Origin: a bacterium
GTDB lineage: Bacteria > UBA8248
DNA length: 64,000 nt
Direction of reading: 5' to 3'
Assembly: GCA_965202625.1 (NCBI GenBank)
Contig: CBDBBI010000010.1
Location: 544,001 to 608,000 of the forward strand
A model generated the notes under the pieces. The model had not been told where the DNA came from, did not search any database, and was given only the letters and a program-made list of their open reading frames with translations. Positions 28,174-37,730 of the stretch are shown piece after piece; position 1 is the first letter of the stretch, and each line of letters opens with the position of its first letter. The position numbers were made by a program, and so were the translations under genes.

Positions 28174-30864
28174 ATGTCCCTTTCCAGAGGCACCCTCCAT
28201 GGGAGAAAAGAAAAAAAAACGTCAGGGGCCAAGGGCCGCGCCCCGTCCCCGGCGATGCGCCAATATCTGGAAATGAAGGCGCGCTATCCGGACGCGGTAT
28301 TGTTTTTTCAACTGGGTGATTTCTTCGAGATGTTCTATGGGGACGCAAAGATCGGGGCTGAGGCACTCAAACTTACGTTGACCTCTCGTCAGCGCGATGA
28401 GAAAGGTCCCATCCCGATGTGTGGCGTACCCTGTCATTCGGCGGCCCCTTATTGTGGGCGATTGCTGGAGGCGGGGCACAAAGTCGCCATATGCGAACAG
28501 GTCGAGGATACAGGAGAGAGCAAAAGCGTCGTGAGACGCGAGGTGACCCGCGTCCTGACTCCGGGCACCTCTATTGCCGATCTTGAATTGATGGACAGCA
28601 AGGAACCTCAGTATTTGACGGGGGTCGTCGTATCTACGGCAGGGGGACACACGCTTTGGGGAATGGCGTGGGTCGATAATTCGACCGGTGAATTTTGCGC
28701 GACCCAGGCGGCGGGCGATGCCGCCGAGGCGCTCATTTGCAACGAATTGGAGAGGCTTTCTCCCCGTGAACTAATATTGCCTAATGAATTTTCCCCCTCC
28801 GATGGGATGAAAGACAAACTAGATGCGCTCAAGATCCATGTAGAAAAAAGGCCGGCGAGTACTTTCAGCGAGCCGCTCGATCGCCAAAGCCTGGGCGCGA
28901 TTTTTCCCGACGAGACGAACGTTCGGGAGAATCCGGCGGCGGCGAACGCCGCTGTGGGGGTGATGAAATATCTCAAAGAGAATCAACCTGGGGATTTTCC
29001 CCACCTGAGGCCCGTGTCTTTCTCCCAGATTTCAGACACCATGATTCTCGACGCCGCCACGCTAAGAAATTTAGAGATCATCCACTCTGCTGCGGATCGT
29101 GGGAGAAAGGGCACCTTGATTGGCCTGCTTGATGAAACTCTCACGGGTATGGGCGGGCGATTGTTGAAAAAATGGGTACTTTCGCCCCTTATTAATGCAA
29201 ACGCCATCAGCTATCGCGCAGCCTCTATACAAGAACTCGTGGAAGGCTCCACAACCCTGGATATCCTCAAAGATGCCATCGCGCCAATACAGGACATTGA
29301 ACGTCTGCTCGGCCGCGTGGGTTCTCAAAGCGCGAACGCTAGAGACCTGGCGGGATTGGGCGCGTCCCTGGCCATGCTTCCCAAAGTCTGCACGGCCATA
29401 GAGGGGGCGGATGCGGAGTTGTTCCGCGACGTGTTGTCGAGTTGGGATTCTCTTGAGGACGTGACGCAGGAGTTGAAGAGCGCGCTTGTGGACAAGCCGC
29501 CCGTTTCGATTCGCGAGGGCGGCATTTTTCGCTCCGATTATGACCAGGAACTCGCGCAAGTGAGAAAGGCGCAGCGCGAGGGCGATACATTGTTGAAAGA
29601 TTATGAGGGCAAAGAAAAACGCAGGACAGGGCTGCCGCTGAAAATCGGGTTTAACCGCGTTTTCGGATATTATCTGGAGATCGCCAAACGATTTAGCGCT
29701 AAAGCGCCTGGGGAATATACGCGCAAGCAAACCCTCGTTTCCGCGGAGCGCTACGTCACTTCTGAGCTCAAACAGATGGAAGAAGATATTCTCGGCGCAG
29801 AGGAAAAGGGTCATCATCTCGAATTTATGCTTTTTGGTCGACTGAGAGTAAAAATATCAAAACAGGCCAAACGCATACTCGCCGCTGCAGAGAGGGTGGC
29901 GCTTCTCGACGCCGTCTTGTCCCTATCTATCGTCGCGCGCAAATATGGATACGTCAGACCGCAAATAACGGACTCTACTCATCTGGAAATCGTAGAGGGC
30001 AGACACCCCGTTATGGAGGCGGAGAATCCGGGACTCTCTTTCGTGCCGAACGATTTGGCTATCGGCGCGGATCAGCAGATACTCATCATCACGGGGCCGA
30101 ACATGGCCGGAAAATCCACGTATCTGCGCCAATCGGCACTCATCATTTTGATGTCGCAAATCGGCGGTTTCGTCCCCGCCAAAAGCGCGCAAATCGGTTT
30201 GGTAGACAGGGTATTCACTCGTGTGGGCGCGCATGACCGTCTTCTGGAGGGACAAAGCACTTTTATGGTGGAGATGGTGGAGACGGCCACCATCTTACGA
30301 GAGGCGACGCATAGAAGCTTCATTGTTTTGGACGAAGTAGGGCGCGGGACGAGCACCTATGACGGCGTGAGCATCGCGTGGTCGATCGTGGAGTATCTTC
30401 ACAATGCGGTCTCCCACAGGGCAAGAACCCTGTTTGCGACCCATTACCATGAGTTGTCCGAGCTCTCTAAGGAGTTGACGCGCGTCCATAATCTGACGGT
30501 CGAGGTTCGAGAATGGGGCGATGAAATCGTGTTTTTACGAAAAGTCGCCGAGGGCAGTTGCGATAGAAGCTACGGCATTCACGTGGGAAGATTGGCGGGG
30601 CTTCCTGATGTGGTTATTGAGCGCGCGAAAGATTTGCTCTCTCGATTTGAGGGCACAGGCGCTGAGGACCCTTCCAGCCGGCCGAAGTTATTCGTGGAGA
30701 ATCACCGGCGAAACGGGCAATTGTCTTTATTTTCGCGCAAGAGATCACAAACCGAAGAAGCGTTGGACGGCCTCAACCCGGACGCTATGACGCCTCGCCA
30801 GGCTCTTGAAGCCCTTTATGAGCTCCGGAAGATCATGGTAAATAAGGAGGAGCGGCGACTATAA
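28174..30864 (+). CDS. mutS: DNA mismatch repair protein MutS
   Basis: PAMRQY, FFQLGDFFEMF, PMCGVP, ICEQ, RVLTPGT, FNRVFGYY, GRHPV, ITGPNMAGKST, STFMVEM, DEVGRGT, FATHYHEL, SYGIHV. Confidence 0.99.
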   Translation: MSLSRGTLHGRKEKKTSGAKGRAPSPAMRQYLEMKARYPDAVLFFQLGDFFEMFYGDAKIGAEALKLTLTSRQRDEKGPIPMCGVPCHSAAPYCGRLLEAGHKVAICEQVEDTGESKSVVRREVTRVLTPGTSIADLELMDSKEPQYLTGVVVSTAGGHTLWGMAWVDNSTGEFCATQAAGDAAEALICNELERLSPRELILPNEFSPSDGMKDKLDALKIHVEKRPASTFSEPLDRQSLGAIFPDETNVRENPAAANAAVGVMKYLKENQPGDFPHLRPVSFSQISDTMILDAATLRNLEIIHSAADRGRKGTLIGLLDETLTGMGGRLLKKWVLSPLINANAISYRAASIQELVEGSTTLDILKDAIAPIQDIERLLGRVGSQSANARDLAGLGASLAMLPKVCTAIEGADAELFRDVLSSWDSLEDVTQELKSALVDKPPVSIREGGIFRSDYDQELAQVRKAQREGDTLLKDYEGKEKRRTGLPLKIGFNRVFGYYLEIAKRFSAKAPGEYTRKQTLVSAERYVTSELKQMEEDILGAEEKGHHLEFMLFGRLRVKISKQAKRILAAAERVALLDAVLSLSIVARKYGYVRPQITDSTHLEIVEGRHPVMEAENPGLSFVPNDLAIGADQQILIITGPNMAGKSTYLRQSALIILMSQIGGFVPAKSAQIGLVDRVFTRVGAHDRLLEGQSTFMVEMVETATILREATHRSFIVLDEVGRGTSTYDGVSIAWSIVEYLHNAVSHRARTLFATHYHELSELSKELTRVHNLTVEVREWGDEIVFLRKVAEGSCDRSYGIHVGRLAGLPDVVIERAKDLLSRFEGTGAEDPSSRPKLFVENHRRNGQLSLFSRKRSQTEEALDGLNPDAMTPRQALEALYELRKIMVNKEERRL

Positions 30865-30948
30865 GCGAGAGCGCAGTGCTTCATGATGCGCGAGGCGGGC
30901 GAAACGAAATAGGGCGGTCGGTCGCGTTCTTATCGGGCGGCGTGGAAG

Positions 30949-31578
30949 GTGAAAGACCAGGGAAAATTTGTGCTATCTGACGACGGCAAGAAAGCGTTTC
31001 TTCTCAGAAGCTTTACCATCGCCACCTGCGCGTTCCTCGCGCTGTCGGCGCCGGCTCACTCCGTTGCGGACGCGCAAAGCGGCATTCACGTGAGAGACGT
31101 CGTCGTTGTAGAGAAAAATGACGAATTGCTCGTTTTTGGCTCGCTGCGGGGTGCGTTTTCGCCAAAACTCCTGGAGGCGATTCATGGCGGCGTAACAGGC
31201 AGCTTCATCTTTGACATAAGCCTCCTTCAATCTCGTAAACTTATCCACGATGTGGAAGTCTTCGCTCGGCAGCTGTCCCACCGAGTAAAGTATAGCGCGT
31301 TGAAAAAAACATATACCTTCCTCGTCAAGGAGAATGGAAAAGACCTTGAGAGAAAAGTGACCGACAGTGAGAAGGAAATGATGACCTGGATGCTTGAATT
31401 GAATGGCGTGGCGATCGCTTCTGAAAAGGCGTTATCCCCAAACGAGCAGTATTATGTCAGAATCAGAGCGCGATTGAAGCGGGTGGATTTTGTTTTTCCC
31501 TTTAATTATCTGCTCTCTTTTTTGGAAAAGAAATCCGCTTGGAACTATTCCGAGACGTTTGGCCTGAAAGGAATGTGA
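30949..31578 (+). CDS. DUF4390-family exported protein
   Basis: Signal-like segment, L.EAIHGGV...F.F.I.L, VKYSALKKTY, YYVRIRA.L, C-terminal W...F. Sits immediately before an NtrY-type kinase, the usual position for this family. Confidence 0.75.
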   Translation: MKDQGKFVLSDDGKKAFLLRSFTIATCAFLALSAPAHSVADAQSGIHVRDVVVVEKNDELLVFGSLRGAFSPKLLEAIHGGVTGSFIFDISLLQSRKLIHDVEVFARQLSHRVKYSALKKTYTFLVKENGKDLERKVTDSEKEMMTWMLELNGVAIASEKALSPNEQYYVRIRARLKRVDFVFPFNYLLSFLEKKSAWNYSETFGLKGM

Positions 31579-31581
31579 GTT

Positions 31582-33846
31582 TTGCATCTAGCGCGCCTGA
31601 GAGATGAAGAAGACGTTTCGCACCGACGAGGGAATCTTCTGCGCCTCTTCATCGCTTTGATCGCCACCGCCACCCTTTCCCTCACCTCCTGGCTCTACTT
31701 CAAAGATCTCGAGCCAGGAGTCCCTATTCTGAACAACGTCGTCGTATTCGCGCTCGTGAACTTAAGCATGACTCTACTCATGGTGGTCGTCCTCCTTGTG
31801 GCGAGGAACTTGGTGCGCCTTTATTCGGAGAGGAGAACGCGCGCCGGCGACTCACGCCTGCAATCAAAGCTCGTGTTGGCTTTCGTCGGATTCGCGCTCC
31901 TTCCGACGTTGGCTCTTTTTGTGACGGCCAGCGGCCTCATAAACCAAAGTTTCAACTCCTTGTTCAACATGAATGTGGAGAGAGCGCTCAAAAATTCGTT
32001 CGACGTAGCCCAGACGTATTATCGCGAGGTGGAAAGAAACGCCCTGTCCGACGCGAACCGACTTGCTCGTATGCTGGAGGGGACGCGCTCGGACATAATG
32101 CGAAACCCTGCAGAAATCGCAAAAATATTAGAAACGGCAAGAAAGAACGCCGGAGCGGACATCATTCAGCTCTACGACAAAGGTCGGAAGGAAATCGTCT
32201 CTGTAAAGCGGCCGAGTTTAGCACAATCTACCGGATTCTCGCCTTTGGTGGGATACGTGGATCAGGTGATTGACGGGGAGTCGCGCTCAAGCGTGGAGAA
32301 TTGGGAGAAGGGAGACGCCGTCTATGGCGTGGAACCGCTGAGGGCGCAAAAAAAAGTAGTGGGATTTGTTGTCGTAACTAAATACATGTCCGGCCAGCTC
32401 GTTGACCGGATCAGAGCCATATCAGATTCCTTTGTGGATTATAAAGAATTGGAACTGTCCAGAAACCCAATCAAGGCGAGCTATATCGTCACTTTTTTGG
32501 TGATTACTTTGCTTATCCTGTTCGCTGCTATTTGGTTAGGCTTCTACCTCGCTCGCGGCATCACGGTTCCTATCGAAAAACTAGCAGAAGCCACTCGAGC
32601 GGTCTCAGGTGGTAACCTCGAGCATCGCGTGGACGTGAAGGCAGATGGCGAGCTGGGCATCCTGATCGACGCATTCAACAGCATGACGGAAGAATTGTTG
32701 GACAACAAAAAGAGAATTGAGCAATCTTCCGAAAACCTTCGCCGCTCCAATTTAGAAATCGATAGGAGACGCAGGTACATGGAGGCGATGCTCGAAAACA
32801 TACGAACCGGCGTAATATCGACCGATCAGCGGGGGCGGGTCACCATTCTAAACAAAGCGGCCGGAGAGTTGCTGAACATCTCTCCACGGCATGCCGTCGG
32901 GCAGATATTCAGCGAAGTTTTCGAAAGCGCACATCTCGAACCCATTCGCGAGTTGATGCGCTACATGAGAGGCCGGAAAGATGAAAATGTCTCGAAAAAA
33001 ATAGAGATGATGGCAAACAGCCGCGTGCTCACCCTGCAAACGAGCCTGACCCTCCTCAAAAACGCGAAAGGTGTCAGGCTCGGTGCGGTCATCGTGTTTG
33101 ACGACATGACAGCCCTGATACGCGCACAGAAGGTCGCTACGTGGCGGGAAGTCGCCCAAGGTATTGCGCATGAGATTAAAAATCCACTGACGCCGATTCA
33201 ACTCTCTACCCAGAGAATGAGAAAGAAATTTGAAAACGAAGCGTATGATTTCGCGGACATATTTGAAACGTGCACAAACACCATCATCCATCAAGTGACA
33301 AACCTGAAAGAAATGGTGAATAAATTCAGCCGGTTTGCGCGGATGCCCGATCCGATGCTCAGCCTTTGCGAGTTTGTTCCTCTTATCGAAGAGGTGGTAA
33401 ATTTATATCGCGGCGGGCAGGGAGACATGGCATTCTCCGCTCAAATCAGTGCCGAGAATGCATTCGTCATGGCGGACCCCGAGGAATTGCAACGCGTATT
33501 CATCAATTTGCTCAAAAATGCTTTCGAATCCCAAGAGGCCGAAGGCGGGGTAAACTTACAAGCTTGGGTAGAGCAGGACGGAAACATAATAGTTGTGGAA
33601 ATCGCCGACCAAGGCAAGGGGATATCAGAAGATATGAAAAGCCATGTGTTCGCGCCCTATTTTTCCACGAAGGCCAGAGGCTCCGGTTTGGGCCTGGCCA
33701 TTTGTTATCGCACCGTGGCTGATCACAATGGAACGATAAGCGTGCGCGACAACCATCCAGCAGGTTCCGTTTTTCGTGTAACGCTCCCTCTGGCGTCCGC
33801 CGTGAACGTCACGCCTAAAAAGCAAAGGGCGACCGCCATTGGATAG
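31582..33846 (+). CDS. ntrY: NtrY-family sensor histidine kinase (TM-periplasmic-HAMP-PAS-HisKA-HATPase)
   Basis: SRLQSKLV.AF, WLGFYLARGITVPIEKL (HAMP), PAS, ATWREVAQGIAH(530)EIKNPLTPIQLS, VFINLLKNA, IADQGKGI, YFSTK.RGSGLGL. Confidence 0.93.
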   Translation: MHLARLRDEEDVSHRRGNLLRLFIALIATATLSLTSWLYFKDLEPGVPILNNVVVFALVNLSMTLLMVVVLLVARNLVRLYSERRTRAGDSRLQSKLVLAFVGFALLPTLALFVTASGLINQSFNSLFNMNVERALKNSFDVAQTYYREVERNALSDANRLARMLEGTRSDIMRNPAEIAKILETARKNAGADIIQLYDKGRKEIVSVKRPSLAQSTGFSPLVGYVDQVIDGESRSSVENWEKGDAVYGVEPLRAQKKVVGFVVVTKYMSGQLVDRIRAISDSFVDYKELELSRNPIKASYIVTFLVITLLILFAAIWLGFYLARGITVPIEKLAEATRAVSGGNLEHRVDVKADGELGILIDAFNSMTEELLDNKKRIEQSSENLRRSNLEIDRRRRYMEAMLENIRTGVISTDQRGRVTILNKAAGELLNISPRHAVGQIFSEVFESAHLEPIRELMRYMRGRKDENVSKKIEMMANSRVLTLQTSLTLLKNAKGVRLGAVIVFDDMTALIRAQKVATWREVAQGIAHEIKNPLTPIQLSTQRMRKKFENEAYDFADIFETCTNTIIHQVTNLKEMVNKFSRFARMPDPMLSLCEFVPLIEEVVNLYRGGQGDMAFSAQISAENAFVMADPEELQRVFINLLKNAFESQEAEGGVNLQAWVEQDGNIIVVEIADQGKGISEDMKSHVFAPYFSTKARGSGLGLAICYRTVADHNGTISVRDNHPAGSVFRVTLPLASAVNVTPKKQRATAIG

Positions 33847-35215
33847 GGGATATGTCCTCATCGTCGACGATGAGAGTGAAATACGCCTGAGCCTGGAGGC
33901 TGTCTTGCAGGATGAGGGCTATCGCGTAGAGAAGGCCGAGTCCGGCTCCGCCGCGCTCCAGTTGATTCAAGCAGAAGCCCCGGATGTGGTTTTGGTTGAC
34001 GTGTGGATGCCGGAGATGGACGGAATCAAAGCTCTGAAGGCGGTCAAGGGGCGCAACTCGGCTATTGAGGTCGTTGTCATGTCGGGGCACGGCAACATTG
34101 ATGCCGCCGTCGCCGCCACGAAACTAGGCGCTTTTCATTTTATTGAAAAACCCCTCTCCATCGATACGGTTTTGGGTGTTGTCGACTCCGCCGTTAAAGC
34201 GCGAAGAACAAAGGAGAGCCAGGCGGATGCTTCCCCTAACGCGAGACATAGCGACGACGCCGAAAGGACGCGAGGGGCCCGGACGGACATTTCAGATTCT
34301 GGCACAGGCGTGTCGGCTACTCACTTAAGACAAAAGATCAAAGCATATGATATAGAGGCACCGCCTGTGTCCACGAAGGTTGAGGGTGCAAATCAGCGGA
34401 GTATATCGAAGAGCGTCGTACTGCATGGCAGAGGTCTGCACTCAGGGCTGAAGACTGGATTGCTCATTGAACCCCTGCCGCCGGGGAGCGGAATACATTT
34501 TGGCAGCCTGACGAGCCCGGAGACCGTAAGAGCGAGCGTCGATTTCGTGGATGATACGAATCATGCGACAAACTTGCGCAACGGGTTGGTGGAGGCGCGC
34601 ACAATAGAGCATCTCATGAGTGCACTGCACGCATACGAGGTGAGCAACATCCTCATTAAAGTTGGCGAGGAAGTACCCGTCATGGATGGTTCGGCGGTGG
34701 AGTTTTGCCGCTTGCTCGAAGAGGCGGGTATAGAGGAGCAAGAGGAGAAACGCCAGGAATTGTGGGTGGACAAAGCCTATGAGGTGGGAGGGCCGGGGGG
34801 GGATGGGGGCTATATACGTATCGAGCCGGCGATCTCGTTTTCGATTTCCTGTCTCGTGGAATATCCCCAGCCCATTGGGAGGCAAGCCTATCTCTATGAA
34901 CACAAGAACGTGCTGGGTTTTCAGGAAAAAATTGCGCGAGCCCGCACGTTTGGCTTCGTATCTGAACTGGGTGCACTCGAAGAGATGGGCTTGGCCGAAG
35001 GTGGTCGTTGGGACAACGCGATTCTCGTGGACGAGGAGCGCATCGTGAATACGGAATTGCGATTCCCCGACGAGTTCGTCCGCCATAAAATTCTCGACGT
35101 TATGGGGGACCTTTATTTGGCCGGGTGGCCTATTCGAGGAAAAGTGACCGCCGAAAGAAGCGGGCACCGGCACAATGTCGCCTTGGTGAAAAAATTGGTG
35201 GAGGCCCAGGGCTGA
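33839..35215 (+). CDS. lpxC: Fusion of an NtrX-type receiver domain with UDP-3-O-acyl-GlcNAc deacetylase LpxC
   Basis: aa 1-120 REC: VLIVDDE, D54 in LVDVWMP, MSGHG, FIEKP. aa 186-458 LpxC: QRSI...G.GLHSG, TIEHLMSAL, EVPVMDGS, IARARTFGF, LRFPDEFVRHKILDVMGDL, SGH. Confidence 0.95.
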   Translation: MDRGYVLIVDDESEIRLSLEAVLQDEGYRVEKAESGSAALQLIQAEAPDVVLVDVWMPEMDGIKALKAVKGRNSAIEVVVMSGHGNIDAAVAATKLGAFHFIEKPLSIDTVLGVVDSAVKARRTKESQADASPNARHSDDAERTRGARTDISDSGTGVSATHLRQKIKAYDIEAPPVSTKVEGANQRSISKSVVLHGRGLHSGLKTGLLIEPLPPGSGIHFGSLTSPETVRASVDFVDDTNHATNLRNGLVEARTIEHLMSALHAYEVSNILIKVGEEVPVMDGSAVEFCRLLEEAGIEEQEEKRQELWVDKAYEVGGPGGDGGYIRIEPAISFSISCLVEYPQPIGRQAYLYEHKNVLGFQEKIARARTFGFVSELGALEEMGLAEGGRWDNAILVDEERIVNTELRFPDEFVRHKILDVMGDLYLAGWPIRGKVTAERSGHRHNVALVKKLVEAQG

Positions 35216-35257
35216 TTCTGTTTTTACGCCCGGTGATTCCGCCCGCCGCTTCATGGA

Positions 35258-36319
35258 ATGTCTCTTTTGGATGCGCATCATATTACATACAAAGGCTCGG
35301 GCGTTGACGTAAGCGCAGGAGAGAACTTCGTTCGCGCCATCGTCCAGACGGTAAAGTCCACCCATGAGAGCCAAAGCGGCCGCGTCCTGAAAGGGACGGG
35401 GGACTTTGCCGGCTTGTTCCACCTAGGCAAGGATTACGAAGACCCCGTTCTCGTTTCAGGTGCCGACGGCGTTGGGACGAAATTGCTTCTGGCCCAACGA
35501 CTCGACCGCCATGGCTCGATCGGGGTTGATTTAGTCGCCATGTGCGTCAACGACGTCCTGACCACGGGAGCGATTCCTCTTTTTTTTCTGGACTATATTG
35601 CGGCGGGCAAGATGGACCAAAGGATATTGGTCGAGGTTGTATCCGGCATCGCCCAAGGCTGTCGAGAGGCGCAGTGTGCCCTCCTCGGGGGCGAGATGGC
35701 TGAGATGCCCGATCTATATCCGCCCGGTACATATGACCTTGCGGGCTTTGCCGTAGGCGTGGTTGAGCGAAGGCGATTAGACGGCGCCGCGCCCGTGGAA
35801 GCGGGCGACGCCATCCTCGCCCTCCCTTCGTCAGGAGTCCATAGCAACGGGTATTCCTTGCTACGGAAGATATTCGATTCCAAGGGAAAACGAGAGGCTG
35901 CGACACAAAGGCTCGCCGCTCCGGTTGAAGACGCTCTCTTGGAGCCGACCCGCATTTACGTCAACGGGTCGGAGGTCATTCGAAGAGAGGAAGGGATCAG
36001 CGGAATCGCGCACATCACGGGCGGGGGGATCGCAGGAAACGTGAGCCGCATGATGCGAGATGGTCTGCAAGCGAGGCTTTATCCGGAAAAATGGCCCATG
36101 CCGGAGATATTCTCACTGATTCAGGAGTTCGGCCCACTCGAGGCGGCGGAGATGTATCGCACTTTCAACATGGGGCTGGGTTTCGTTTTTCTCGTAAAGG
36201 CGGAACGGGCCGAACCTTTGCTCGAGCGTCTCAGAAACACGGGCGAAGAGGCCATGGTGGTCGGAGAGGTAGTCAAAAGACCGAAAGGCGGCCAAGCCGT
36301 CGTCGTCAAGGGTAGATGA
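35258..36319 (+). CDS. purM: Phosphoribosylformylglycinamidine cyclo-ligase
   Basis: TYKGSGVD, LVSGADGVGTKL, DLVAMCVND, PLFFLDY, GGEMAEMP, YDLAGF, SSGVHSNGYSL, HITGGG, FNMGLG. Confidence 0.98.
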   Translation: MSLLDAHHITYKGSGVDVSAGENFVRAIVQTVKSTHESQSGRVLKGTGDFAGLFHLGKDYEDPVLVSGADGVGTKLLLAQRLDRHGSIGVDLVAMCVNDVLTTGAIPLFFLDYIAAGKMDQRILVEVVSGIAQGCREAQCALLGGEMAEMPDLYPPGTYDLAGFAVGVVERRRLDGAAPVEAGDAILALPSSGVHSNGYSLLRKIFDSKGKREAATQRLAAPVEDALLEPTRIYVNGSEVIRREEGISGIAHITGGGIAGNVSRMMRDGLQARLYPEKWPMPEIFSLIQEFGPLEAAEMYRTFNMGLGFVFLVKAERAEPLLERLRNTGEEAMVVGEVVKRPKGGQAVVVKGR

Positions 36320-36972
36320 ACATGTCTCTAAAAACGCGATTGCGCGTGGGCGTTTTGGCTTCCGGACGGGGGTCGAATCTACAATCTCTCATCAAGGCGT
36401 GTCGGGATGCGGATTTTCCGGCAAGAGTCGCTTTAGTGTTGAGCGACAAGAAAAAGGCGCACGCGCTTAGGCGTGCGGCGGACGCGGGGATACAGAATCA
36501 ACTCATGGAGCCGAAGGAGGATAATTTTTATCCGAGAATCGGCGATGAAATGGAGCGTTGCGGAATCGATCTCATCTGTTGCGCTGGCTTCATGCGAATT
36601 TTGCCTCCGGCGTTCGTGGAACGTTTTGCGGGAAAAATCATCAACATTCATCCCTCGCTTCTACCGAGCTTCCCTGGCCTTCGCGCGCAAAAACAAGCTC
36701 TGGACGCTGGTGTTAGAGTATCTGGCTGCACGGTCCACTTTGTGGATGAGGGAGTGGATACGGGACCGATTGTTTTGCAGGCTGCCGTGCCGGTGTATCC
36801 CCAAGATGACGAGAAAACCTTGTCAGAGAGAATTCTCGCCTATGAACACCGCGCGTATCCATTGGCTGTGCGACTCATCGCCGAGGGATGCGCTCAATAC
36901 GCAAGGGGCGCACTTGTGGATGAGGGCGGTTTCATCTCGCCCGTCTCCGAATCATCACCCACAAAAGGATAA
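36316..36972 (+). CDS. purN: Phosphoribosylglycinamide formyltransferase
   Basis: VLASGRGSNLQ, AGFMRIL, INIHPSLLPSFPG, GCTVHFVDEGVDTGPI, EH. Confidence 0.98.
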   Translation: MNMSLKTRLRVGVLASGRGSNLQSLIKACRDADFPARVALVLSDKKKAHALRRAADAGIQNQLMEPKEDNFYPRIGDEMERCGIDLICCAGFMRILPPAFVERFAGKIINIHPSLLPSFPGLRAQKQALDAGVRVSGCTVHFVDEGVDTGPIVLQAAVPVYPQDDEKTLSERILAYEHRAYPLAVRLIAEGCAQYARGALVDEGGFISPVSESSPTKG

Positions 36973-36980
36973 ATAACGCT

Positions 36981-37712
36981 TTGCGAAGACGGTTTTTTTT
37001 GACGCTCGTATTTGGTTTTTCATTTCTGGCGCTTTCCAAAATGTTCTTCCTCTCCGCGCCGGCGGCCGAAGAGTCATCGCGCCTGAGTGAAGAGCGAATC
37101 ATCGGGGCGCTCCAGAAAAAATATGAGGCGCTCGCGTCTTTGCGAGCCTCCTTTGAACAAGAAAACGAATTCAAGTCCCTTGGACAAACGACACGCTCTA
37201 GCGGGCAGCTTCTGTTGAGCAAGCCGAGCAAGCTGCGTGTGGAGTATACCAGTCCCGACAAGCAGATTCTGGTCTCTGACGGCATTACGCTTTGGCTCTA
37301 CACAGCTCGTTTCAATCAAGTGGTGGTCTCGAAGATTGAGCGCATTGGGCTTGGGGCCACTCCTTTACTATTCTTGGCGGGAAGGGGGAATTTGAGGAAA
37401 AATTTTAATATCCTCGTCGAAGAAGTCGGAGTCGCCAAGCGAAGCGAAGGAATTTGGAGGGCGGGGCAACCGCATCGCATTCGCTTGGAGCCCAAATTTC
37501 CGGGTGCTTCGTTTCGACGGATGTGGATGGAGGTAGAGCCCGAGAGTTTCCGAATTCTCGCTTTGGCGTATGTCGATGCCCTCGGCAACAAGAGCCGCCT
37601 GCGGTTTTCAAACGTGAAAGAAGATATCAGCGTAACTGGAGGGGAATTTAGTTTTGTCGCGCCGCCTCAGGTCGAAGTTCTTCATATGCCGCTCCGAGAG
37701 GAGCACCAGTAA
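36981..37712 (+). CDS. lolA: Outer-membrane lipoprotein carrier LolA family
   Basis: Signal peptide, LRASFEQ, SGQL...KP.KLR.EY..P..Q.LVSDG.TLWLY, TPLLFL, DALGN....F.N, F.F..P. Confidence 0.88.
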   Translation: MRRRFFLTLVFGFSFLALSKMFFLSAPAAEESSRLSEERIIGALQKKYEALASLRASFEQENEFKSLGQTTRSSGQLLLSKPSKLRVEYTSPDKQILVSDGITLWLYTARFNQVVVSKIERIGLGATPLLFLAGRGNLRKNFNILVEEVGVAKRSEGIWRAGQPHRIRLEPKFPGASFRRMWMEVEPESFRILALAYVDALGNKSRLRFSNVKEDISVTGGEFSFVAPPQVEVLHMPLREEHQ

Positions 37713-37730
37713 ATAAGGATTTATTCGATA

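Noticed and set aside
34442-35422. 326-aa minus-strand ORF over lpxC/purM
   Set aside because: Antisense shadow; the + strand carries unambiguous LpxC and PurM motifs.
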